Assembly (NCBI GenBank): GCA_964596535.1 | Contig: CAZQUR010000001.1 | Coordinates: 26,574-90,573 of the forward strand | DNA: 64,000 nucleotides | Direction of reading: 5' to 3' | Origin: an uncultured Desulfobacteraceae bacterium | Lineage (GTDB): Bacteria; Desulfobacterota; Desulfobacteria; Desulfobacterales; UBA2156 | Shown here: one piece after another, positions 20,275 through 27,081 of the stretch | Layout: each line of letters starts with the position of its first letter | Numbering within the stretch: the first letter of the stretch is position 1 | Translations under genes and position numbers: made by a program | Notes under the pieces: generated by a model | Told to the model about the DNA's origin: nothing | What the model saw: only the letters and a program-made list of their open reading frames with translations | Database searches by the model: none

Positions 20275-20688
20275 CTATTTCTTCCATGAAAAAAGGCCGT
20301 CTCCGGCCGGTACAAGGATCTCTCGTTCCCTGAAGGTGCGGATCATCAGGTGGGGTGCGGGCCATCCCCTGTCCTTCAACACGTTGAAAAGGGCCTTGAT
20401 CTCAAAGGATTCCCCCAAAGACGCCGCTTCCAGGCTGCATCGGGACGCGGCTTCTTGAAGGTCGTCCAGGGGAAAATCGAAGGGCTTGAAAGGTTTTGCG
20501 GGCACGTCTCCCGGCGGGGGTTCCACGATCGGGGGTTCTTCCGGCCGCTTTTCAAATAATCCGGCCACCCGATGCAATTGAGAGATGACCAAAGACAAGA
20601 TCGTCAGTCCCGAAACGACGATGAGGGCGCCGGCAAGGGCCATGGCCCATCCATTGTAATGGGATATTGCTTCGAAACCGTACACCAC
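20275..20688 (-). CDS. OadG-like small membrane subunit with Pro-rich linker and unknown ~70-aa C-terminal domain
   Basis: 137 aa with a single N-terminal TM (WAMALAGALIVVSGLTILSLVI), followed by EEPPIVEPPPGDVPAKPFKP as in the gamma subunits of Na+-decarboxylases. The C-terminal domain is unrecognised. Confidence 0.45.
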   Translation of the reverse strand: MVYGFEAISHYNGWAMALAGALIVVSGLTILSLVISQLHRVAGLFEKRPEEPPIVEPPPGDVPAKPFKPFDFPLDDLQEAASRCSLEAASLGESFEIKALFNVLKDRGWPAPHLMIRTFREREILVPAGDGLFSWKK

Positions 20689-20710
20689 TTGCTCCCTAAA
20701 ATTGTTTTAC

Positions 20711-20998
20711 CTACTTCGGGACATAAATCTCATAAAGCGTTTCTTTGCCGATTAATGTATCGATTTTACTTTGAATATCGATGCGTTCACGGCTTGCGAA
20801 CCAGTTTTTCCAATCTTCCATGGACCGCCAGGTACTAATTACCATGGTCTCCGCCGGCCCGTCAACACGTTTGAAGGTCTCGCCGGAAATGTATCCTTCC
20901 TGTTGCATGGCCTTTTTCCGGAGCTCTTCCAGTAACGGTGCCAGGAAGGGATCCGTCTCTTCCGAGAAGTGCCTTTTGATGATCACTTTTACGGGCAT
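20711..20998 (-). CDS. antibiotic-biosynthesis-monooxygenase (ABM) domain protein
   Basis: 95 aa with a ferredoxin-like ABM pattern (..GYISGETF...ISTWRSMEDWKNWFASRER..). Confidence 0.6.
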   Translation of the reverse strand: MPVKVIIKRHFSEETDPFLAPLLEELRKKAMQQEGYISGETFKRVDGPAETMVISTWRSMEDWKNWFASRERIDIQSKIDTLIGKETLYEIYVPK

Positions 20999-21063
20999 GA
21001 ATCATTCCTTTCGCCAATGTTCAGATACGCCTTCGCATAGTCACAATGGCAAATAGAGTCAAG

Positions 21064-21087
21064 CCCTTTTTGTGAAAGAAAAAAGGG
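21064..21087 (-). terminator. hairpin downstream of the DUF2249 gene
   Basis: CCCTTTTT (21064-21071) pairs with AAAAAGGG (21080-21087) around an 8-nt loop. It lies between the DUF2249 stop (21136) and the ABM gene start (20998). Confidence 0.35.
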
Positions 21088-21135
21088 TGTTCAGGGGGCT
21101 ACCGAAGCTTGGGGGCGGGGTGTTTTTCGATTCGA

Positions 21136-21376
21136 TCACAATCGATGGATTCGAACCTTCCAGTCCACGGGGCCTTCTTCCTCGTATTCCCATCGGACCG
21201 TTTCAGTATATTCAGCTTGAAACTGATAATAAAGCGGTTTCGGATCATGATCGTTGGTGATGCAAAGGGTATCACCGGTGATCCCCTTTTTTGAGATTTT
21301 CAAGGGCGGGAAAGATCCTCGAGTGTTTTTCTTCGTGAGAAAGTCCCCGCAAATCGAGTTGTTGTCCGTTTTCCAT
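21136..21376 (-). pseudogene. DUF2249-family gene interrupted by a 1-nt frameshift in an A6G4 run
   Basis: The ATG at 21376 (AAAGGGGA upstream) gives MENGQQLDLRGLSHEEKHSRIFPALENLKKGDHR then a stop at 21272. The +1 frame continues KKGITGDTLCITNDHDPKPLYYQFQAEYTETVRWEYEEEGPVDWKVRIHRL to the stop at 21136. Joined, they make a canonical DUF2249 of about 79 aa. The shift lies in the plus-strand C4T6 run at 21283-21292. Confidence 0.75.
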
Positions 21377-21466
21377 GGTGATTCCCCTTTATGATGGAGC
21401 ACCGCCTCCCGCCGCTCGAAACAACGTGTCTCAAGGCCGTGCTGCAGGAAGTGCTCCGGTAAACGT

Positions 21467-21916
21467 TTAACGCCCCCGAATCGTTTGCGCCCATTCCAGC
21501 AGGGGCACCCCTGCGTTTCTGGCCGCCATGAAGGCATCGGAAAGCGCGTCGATTTGTTTTTGGTCGAACCGTTCCGACAGAATCGCCAATGCGTCGCAAT
21601 TGGAGACGTGCACCAGCAACTGCCGGGCGGCAAGCGCCGCGTCTTTGGACTCCTGATCCGTCAAGGCCTCTTTTTTCAGGAGTTCCGCGCAGGCTCGGGC
21701 CGTGGCGATGACGCCGTCATGTTCTTTGAGCAGTTCATCCACGTACTCGCCGAGAAAAACCTTCAACGCGGGATAAAGGTGTTCTTCTTCATACCGGAAA
21801 TGCGACCCCACGAGCGTGTTGATTTTCCCCAGGACTTCGCGCGCCCGGGTGACGTCTTTCTTTTCCAGGGCATCTGCGTGGCGTCGGTATGAAACAACAC
21901 GCCGTTTTCCTGGCAA
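21467..21916 (-). CDS. hemerythrin-like (HHE cation-binding) domain protein
   Basis: 149 aa with SHFRYEEEHLYPAL and LLKEHDGV, matching hemerythrin-domain His/Glu motifs. The only upstream start is TTG 21916 with no clear SD. The first ~14 codons overlap the desulfurase remnant in another frame. Confidence 0.6.
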   Translation of the reverse strand: MPGKRRVVSYRRHADALEKKDVTRAREVLGKINTLVGSHFRYEEEHLYPALKVFLGEYVDELLKEHDGVIATARACAELLKKEALTDQESKDAALAARQLLVHVSNCDALAILSERFDQKQIDALSDAFMAARNAGVPLLEWAQTIRGR

Positions 21917-22459
21917 ATTCTGGAAAGCATATCAATGTCCTAAAGAGTGCCGATTTCCGGATTGGCATGTTGAATGGAGACCAGGATCGTCTCGGAAGAG
22001 ACGGCTTTTTGCAGATCCTCCGGATCCACGAACCCCTCCGGATCCACGCGAAGCATTGTTACGCGGAATCCGTTCTTTTCGAGCGCCCGGGCGCTGGCAA
22101 GGACCGGAAAATCCTCGACGGCCGACACGATGATATGGTTTCCCTTTTTCCCCAAGGCAGCGGTGACGCTTTTTAAAGCAAGGTTGCTCGATTCCGTCGC
22201 TCCGGAAGTGAAGATCAATTTTTCCCCGGAGGTCCCCCAGATGTGCAGCGATGCGGTTCCGCGCCGTTTCGAGGGCCTCCTTGGCTTCGATTCTCATGGA
22301 ATCGGCCGCCATGGGAACTTCCTCACGGGAAGAAGGATGGGTTCCGCGGATCCGGATAACGTCGCCGGAGACCGCCTTCCGAATCGCCTTCCGTGTCTCC
22401 ACCAGGGGAACCGGGCATGTTTGACCCCTTACATCAACGAAGAACTCAGCCATGTGCAT
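21874..22459 (-). pseudogene. chimeric remnant: TusA/SirA-like N-terminus joined to a frameshifted, nonsense-containing, truncated cysteine desulfurase (NifS/IscS-like)
   Basis: The start is ATG 22459/22453 after GGGAGG.
- Residues ~9-58 align ungapped with TusA (VDVRGQTCPVPLVETRKAIRK..G..IRI..T.P....EVP).
- From ~22288 the same frame reads EAKEALETARNRIAAHLG, which is desulfurase-like.
- A frame change at G4A5 (22219-22227) is needed to continue LIFTSGATESSNLALK..HIIVSAVEDFPVL..GFRVTMLRVDPEGFVDPEDLQKAV..TILVSIQHANPEIGTL.
- An in-frame TAG (21940-21942) sits where IscS has Gln.
- Homology continues DIDMLSRICQENGVLFHTDATQ and then ends, with no PLP-lysine region. Confidence 0.7.
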
Positions 22460-22613
22460 AGAACCTCCCGGAACGCATTAAATGTAGAGCAAAGGAAGCG
22501 CCCAGTAGGTGAACAATATTCTCGCCTCGCCCCCGAGAGAAAGGACGCTCAGGGCGATGGACAATCCGTGATGGACCCGATCGTAAGCACCGCTGTGCAG
22601 AATGAGTGAAAGT

Positions 22614-23090
22614 TTAAGCGGGTTTTCCACAGACACATTCCCTTTGTCTGGAAAGATCCACGTCGGGAAAATGGTTCATGAGTTTGCGTCCCAGATCGAG
22701 GATACGGGTGTGTTTCATCAGTTTTTCGATTTTCCGGTTCTGTTCCATGAAGACCCGGCCGATGATGCACCGGTCGTCTTGACAGGCCGGTATGGCCAAA
22801 GGGCACGTTTCTTTGTTGTCGGACGGGCCTTCAATGACTTGCCACAAGTCCATGAGGGACATCTCTTTCGCGGATTCGCTCAACTCGAATCCGCCGGAAG
22901 GTCCCCGAACACTTTTGACGAAACCGCTGCGGACGAGTTTTTGCATCACCTTTGCCAAATGCGCCTCGGATACCTCGCAAATACGCGCGATCTCCCGGGT
23001 CTGAAGAAGCGCCTTGCCGGAACGGGCCAAAAGGGCGGCGGCATGAACGCCGATGGTAAAGGCGCTGGTTGTTTTGAAAATGCAGGCCAT
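22614..23090 (-). CDS. Rrf2-family transcriptional regulator (IscR/NsrR-like, three-Cys cluster)
   Basis: 158 aa. The N-terminal wHTH reads LLQTREIARICEVSEAHLAKVMQKLVRSGFVKSVRGPSGGFEL. The putative Fe-S ligand motif is CPLAIPACQDDRC. Confidence 0.85.
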   Translation of the reverse strand: MACIFKTTSAFTIGVHAAALLARSGKALLQTREIARICEVSEAHLAKVMQKLVRSGFVKSVRGPSGGFELSESAKEMSLMDLWQVIEGPSDNKETCPLAIPACQDDRCIIGRVFMEQNRKIEKLMKHTRILDLGRKLMNHFPDVDLSRQRECVCGKPA

Positions 23091-23113
23091 GAAACCTCCT
23101 TTAAGGTATTCTG

Positions 23114-23125
23114 GTACTTAAATAC
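23114..23125. promoter_or_regulatory. imperfect AT-rich palindrome, candidate Rrf2 operator
   Basis: GTACTTAAATAC matches 10 of 12 positions (5 of 6 base pairs) of a perfect palindrome centred on TTAA. It lies 24 nt upstream of the Rrf2 start, in the Rrf2/narG divergent region. Confidence 0.25.
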
Positions 23126-23211
23126 TACTTTAATTGTAAAAGTCAAGAAATTTTTTTATTGTTTTCAAAAAGGCGCTTTTTCCAAACCGCCGTCGGGTTA
23201 TAGGTGAGCCA

Positions 23212-23221
23212 GGGGGGGGGG
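23212..23221. repeat. homopolymeric G10 tract
   Basis: Ten consecutive G residues, ending 11 nt upstream of the candidate narG -35 element. Confidence 0.9.
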
Positions 23222-23232
23222 AGAAATTGTTC

Positions 23233-23261
23233 TTGAAATTCCTACAGCAACCCTATATAAA
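23233..23261 (+). promoter_or_regulatory. candidate sigma70-type promoter for narGHJI
   Basis: TTGAAA (23233-23238), a 17-nt spacer, then TATAAA (23256-23261). It lies about 120 nt upstream of the narG ATG. Confidence 0.4.
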
Positions 23262-23382
23262 AACCCAATCCATCCGGTAACCCGGAGTGGATTCAACCGC
23301 TTTTCCGGATCCATGGCACCGCAGGGGGCCGCCTTCAACAGGTCAGATCGATCCTGTAACGCGTCGCGATTGGAGATCTGTC

Positions 23383-26300
23383 ATGCCCGGCAAGAACCCG
23401 CTTCATTCATTGCGATTTTTCAGGCCCCGGGGGAAAAAATTCGGCTGCAGGGAAGACAATGGCGCCGACGCCTGGACGGAAACACGCTGCGGCCAACGGG
23501 AATGGGAACAACTTTATCGACGCCGCTGGCAGTACGATAAGAAGGTCCGTTCCACCCACGGGGTCAACTGCACCGGATCCTGTTCCTGGGATGTCCATGT
23601 CAAAGACGGCATCCTCGTATGGGAAACCCAGGCCACGGATTACCCGGGATGCGGGCCGGATTCCCCTCACCACGAGCCCCGGGGGTGCCCCCGGGGCGCC
23701 ACCTATTCGTGGTACACCTACAGCCCGGTGCGTCTCAAATATCCGCTGATCCGATCCAGCCTGATGGAAATGTGGCAGGAAGCTCTGGACAAAGAGGGCG
23801 ATCCGGTGGCGGCCTGGAAGACCATCGTCGAGGATAACGGCAAGCGCCGCCGCTTTCACCAAGAGCGCGGCAAAGGCGGCTTCGTCCGGGCGACCTGGGA
23901 GCAGGCGGCCGTCATGATCGCCGCAGCCTTGATCCACACCATCAAAACCCATGGCCCGGACCGCATCTTCGGCTTTACCCCCATTCCGGCCATGTCCATG
24001 GTGTGCTATGCATCGGGTGCCCGTTTCCTGTCGCTCATCGGCGGCACCATGCTCAGTTTTTATGACTGGTATTGCGATTTGCCGCCGGCCTCTCCGCAGA
24101 TCTGGGGGGAACAGACCGATGTCCCGGAAAGCGCCGACTGGTATGAAGCCACCTACTTCATCGTCTGGGGGACCAATCTTCCCATGACCCGCACACCCGA
24201 TGCCCATTTTTACACGGAAGCCCGCTACCGGGGGGCAAGGGTAACCGCGGTGGCTCCCGATTATGCCGAGTACGTCAAGTTCGCGGACACCTGGCTCCCG
24301 GCCCGGGCGGGGACGGATGCGGCCCTGGCCATGTCCATGACCCATGTCGTTTTCAAGGAGTTTTACATCCATCGGCCGGTGCCTTATTTTATGGAATACG
24401 CCAAGGCGTTCACGGATCTGCCCTTTGTCGTGCTTCTCGATCCCATTGAAAAAAGCTGTTTGCCCGGCCGGTTCCTGCGCGCTTCGGACCTGGGTCTGGA
24501 GGTCGATCACGCCGAGTGGAAGACGGTGATCTATGACGCATCGACGCGCGGTTTTCAGGTGCCCAACGGGAGCATCGGGTTCCGGTGGAGCGAAGAAGGG
24601 CGGTGGAACCTGAAATTGGAAGAGAACGGGCATCGTATCGATCCGATGCTCGGTTTTGCATCCGAACCGGACGGTTGGGAGACAGTGGCATTCCCGGTTT
24701 TCGAATCCGGCGGTGCTGCGTCAAAGACCGGGATCGTCCCGGTGAAAACCCTTCAAACACCCTCGGGTGCCCGAAAGGTGACCACTGTTTTTGATCTCAT
24801 GGCGGCCCAACTGGGGGTTTTGCCGAAGAACGCACCGTTTGTCCCCCCCGATTATCCGAAAGATTACAGCGATCCCAAGCCCTATACGCCCGCATGGCAG
24901 GCGTCCGTCACCGGGGTCCCGGCCGAGGCGGCGATACGCGTGGCGCGTGAATTTGCCGAAAACGCGGAAAAGACCCGGGGGAAGTCCATGATCTTTCTCG
25001 GGGCCGGTACCAACCACTGGTACCACAGCGACATGATTTATCGCAGCATCATCAATCTGACGACGTTGTGCGGATGCCAGGGGGTCAACGGCGGCGGATG
25101 GGCCCATTACGTGGGACAGGAAAAGGTTCGACCCCAGGCGGCCTGGTCCCAGGTGGCCTTCGGCCTGGATTGGCGGCGTCCCCCCCGCCAGCAAAACGGC
25201 ACCTCCTTTTATTACTTTGCCAGCGACCAGTGGCGTTACGACGGCCTTCGCCCGGCCGACATCCTCTCGCCGCTATCCAACACGGCGCCGGCGGCGCACA
25301 TGGCCGACTACAACGCCGTCGCCGCGCGCCTGGGGTGGCTTCCGTCGTATCCCCAGTTCAACCAAAATCCAATGGAATTGATCCAGGAAGCCGTTTCCAA
25401 CGGAGCATCGTCGGATGAAGAGATCATTGCATACGTGGTGGAAAAGCTCAAAAAAGGGGACTTGCATTTCGCCGTTGAAGATCCCGACAACCCTGTCAAT
25501 TTCCCCCGGGTGCTTTTCTTATGGCGGGCCAATCTCCTGGGCGCCAGTTCCAAAGGGCACGAATACTTCCTCAAGCACCTCCTCGGTACAGACAATGCGG
25601 TCCTGAACACGGACAATCCCCTGCGCCCCCGGGAGATTCGATGGCGCGACCCGGCCCCGGAAGGGAAGCTGGATCTGTTGGTGACCCTGGAACTGCGCAT
25701 GTCCACCAGCGCCATGTACGCCGATATCGCCCTCCCCGCCGCCGGTTGGTATGAAATGCACGACCTGAACACCACCGATATGCATCCCTTTATTCACCCG
25801 TTCAATCCGGCCATCGATCCGCCCTGGGAAACCCGGACCAACTGGGAGCAGTTTAAAGCCATCGCGAAAAAATTTTCCGAGTTGGCGGCAACACACCTGG
25901 GAGAAATGCCGGATCTGGTCGCCACGCCTTTGATGCACGACACCCCGGGCGAAATCGCCCAGCCCCAGGTTAAGGACTGGCGCAAAGGGGAATGCGACCC
26001 CGTACCCGGAAAAACACTCCCCCATCTGACCGTGGTGAAGCGGGATTATCCCAATACCTATAAGATGATGACGGCAGTGGGGCCCTTGGCCGCCTCCACG
26101 GGGATCGGCTCCAAAGGGATTTCATGGAAAGCCCCGGAAGAATACGAGGCCTTGAAGGCGATTCTGGGAACCGTTTCGGAACCCGGCGTCACCCAGGGAA
26201 TGCCGGTCATGGAAACCGCCAAGCAGGCGGCGGAAACCATCCTGATGCTGGCCCCGGAAACCAACGGCGGGACCGCGGTCAAGGCCTGGACAGGGCTTGA

Positions 26301-27081
26301 AGAAAAGACCGGTCTATCCCTTCGACACTTGAGCCTCCCCCGGCAGGGGGAGCGCTTTCGCTTTGACGACCTGACGGCCCAGCCCCGAAAAATCATCACT
26401 TCCCCGATCTGGAGCGGCATTGAATCCGACCGGCGGCGCTATTCCCCCTTTGTCATCAACATCGAAGAGAAAGTCCCTTTCCGCACCTTGACCGGAAGGA
26501 CCCAGTTCTATCAGGATCACCCCTGGATGCGGGATTTCGGAGAGCATCTCCCCTTGTACCGGCCGCCCCTGGACATGATCCCCCTGGAGCCGCCCCGCGG
26601 GAAACGGGAACCCGGAAAGGAGATTATCCTCAACTATCTGACACCCCATTCCAAGTGGTCCATTCACAGCACCTATTCGGATGTGCTGACCATGCTGACA
26701 CTTTTTCGCGGCGGGGAGGCCATCTGGATCAATGACGAGGATGCGGAAAAGATCGACGTCAAAGACAACGATTGGCTGGAGTGCTTCAACGCCAACGGCG
26801 TGGTGATGGCCAAAGCCGTGGTAAGTCCGCGCATACCCACCGGAAAGGCGTTCATGTACCATGCCCAGGAGCGGTTGATCCACACCCCAGGGTCGAAGCT
26901 TTCCGGCCAGCGGGGCGGCACCCACAACAGTGTCACCCGGATCACGGTCAAGCCCACCCACATGATCGGCGGGTACGCCCAGCTCAGCTACGGGTTCAAT
27001 TATTACGGGCCCATCGGCGCCCAGCGGGACGAAATGATCATAGTGCGCAAGGCCGGAGAGGTGGACTGGTATGAAGATTAA
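23383..27081 (+). CDS. narG: respiratory nitrate reductase alpha subunit (cytoplasm-facing NarG type)
   Basis: 1232 aa from ATG 23383 (GGAG 8 nt upstream). It is colinear with E. coli NarG as I recall it:
- LRFFRPRGKKF (vestigial twin-Arg)
- WQYDKKVRSTHGVNCTGSCSWDVHVKDGILVWETQATDYP (His/Cys3 FS0)
- HEPRGCPRGATYSWY
- YDWYCDLPPASPQIWGEQTDVPESADWY
- GGWAHYVGQEK
- HNSVTRITVKPTHMIGGYAQLSYGFNYYGP. Confidence 0.95.
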   Translation: MPGKNPLHSLRFFRPRGKKFGCREDNGADAWTETRCGQREWEQLYRRRWQYDKKVRSTHGVNCTGSCSWDVHVKDGILVWETQATDYPGCGPDSPHHEPRGCPRGATYSWYTYSPVRLKYPLIRSSLMEMWQEALDKEGDPVAAWKTIVEDNGKRRRFHQERGKGGFVRATWEQAAVMIAAALIHTIKTHGPDRIFGFTPIPAMSMVCYASGARFLSLIGGTMLSFYDWYCDLPPASPQIWGEQTDVPESADWYEATYFIVWGTNLPMTRTPDAHFYTEARYRGARVTAVAPDYAEYVKFADTWLPARAGTDAALAMSMTHVVFKEFYIHRPVPYFMEYAKAFTDLPFVVLLDPIEKSCLPGRFLRASDLGLEVDHAEWKTVIYDASTRGFQVPNGSIGFRWSEEGRWNLKLEENGHRIDPMLGFASEPDGWETVAFPVFESGGAASKTGIVPVKTLQTPSGARKVTTVFDLMAAQLGVLPKNAPFVPPDYPKDYSDPKPYTPAWQASVTGVPAEAAIRVAREFAENAEKTRGKSMIFLGAGTNHWYHSDMIYRSIINLTTLCGCQGVNGGGWAHYVGQEKVRPQAAWSQVAFGLDWRRPPRQQNGTSFYYFASDQWRYDGLRPADILSPLSNTAPAAHMADYNAVAARLGWLPSYPQFNQNPMELIQEAVSNGASSDEEIIAYVVEKLKKGDLHFAVEDPDNPVNFPRVLFLWRANLLGASSKGHEYFLKHLLGTDNAVLNTDNPLRPREIRWRDPAPEGKLDLLVTLELRMSTSAMYADIALPAAGWYEMHDLNTTDMHPFIHPFNPAIDPPWETRTNWEQFKAIAKKFSELAATHLGEMPDLVATPLMHDTPGEIAQPQVKDWRKGECDPVPGKTLPHLTVVKRDYPNTYKMMTAVGPLAASTGIGSKGISWKAPEEYEALKAILGTVSEPGVTQGMPVMETAKQAAETILMLAPETNGGTAVKAWTGLEEKTGLSLRHLSLPRQGERFRFDDLTAQPRKIITSPIWSGIESDRRRYSPFVINIEEKVPFRTLTGRTQFYQDHPWMRDFGEHLPLYRPPLDMIPLEPPRGKREPGKEIILNYLTPHSKWSIHSTYSDVLTMLTLFRGGEAIWINDEDAEKIDVKDNDWLECFNANGVVMAKAVVSPRIPTGKAFMYHAQERLIHTPGSKLSGQRGGTHNSVTRITVKPTHMIGGYAQLSYGFNYYGPIGAQRDEMIIVRKAGEVDWYED

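Noticed and set aside
21940-21942. In-frame TAG in the desulfurase-like frame as possible pyrrolysine or programmed read-through.
   Set aside because: The codon aligns with a conserved Gln (CAG) of IscS/NifS, so a single C-to-T nonsense mutation explains it. The same gene also has a frameshift and a 3' truncation, and no pyl genes are in the window.
23287-23382. 32-codon N-terminal extension of NarG in the ORF track, and a possible Tat signal.
   Set aside because: The ATG at 23383 has a GGAG at proper spacing and yields the conserved NarG N-terminus. The RR-like LRFFRPR is the known vestigial motif of cytoplasmic NarG, not followed by a hydrophobic h-region.
23407-24633. 408-aa ORF antisense to narG, along with similar long antisense ORFs at 26314-27231 and 27038-27988.
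   Set aside because: It lies opposite a gene whose product aligns end-to-end with NarG/NarH. The predicted proteins are Arg/Gly/Pro/His-rich low-complexity sequences with no motifs. Long stop-free antisense frames are expected in high-GC coding DNA.
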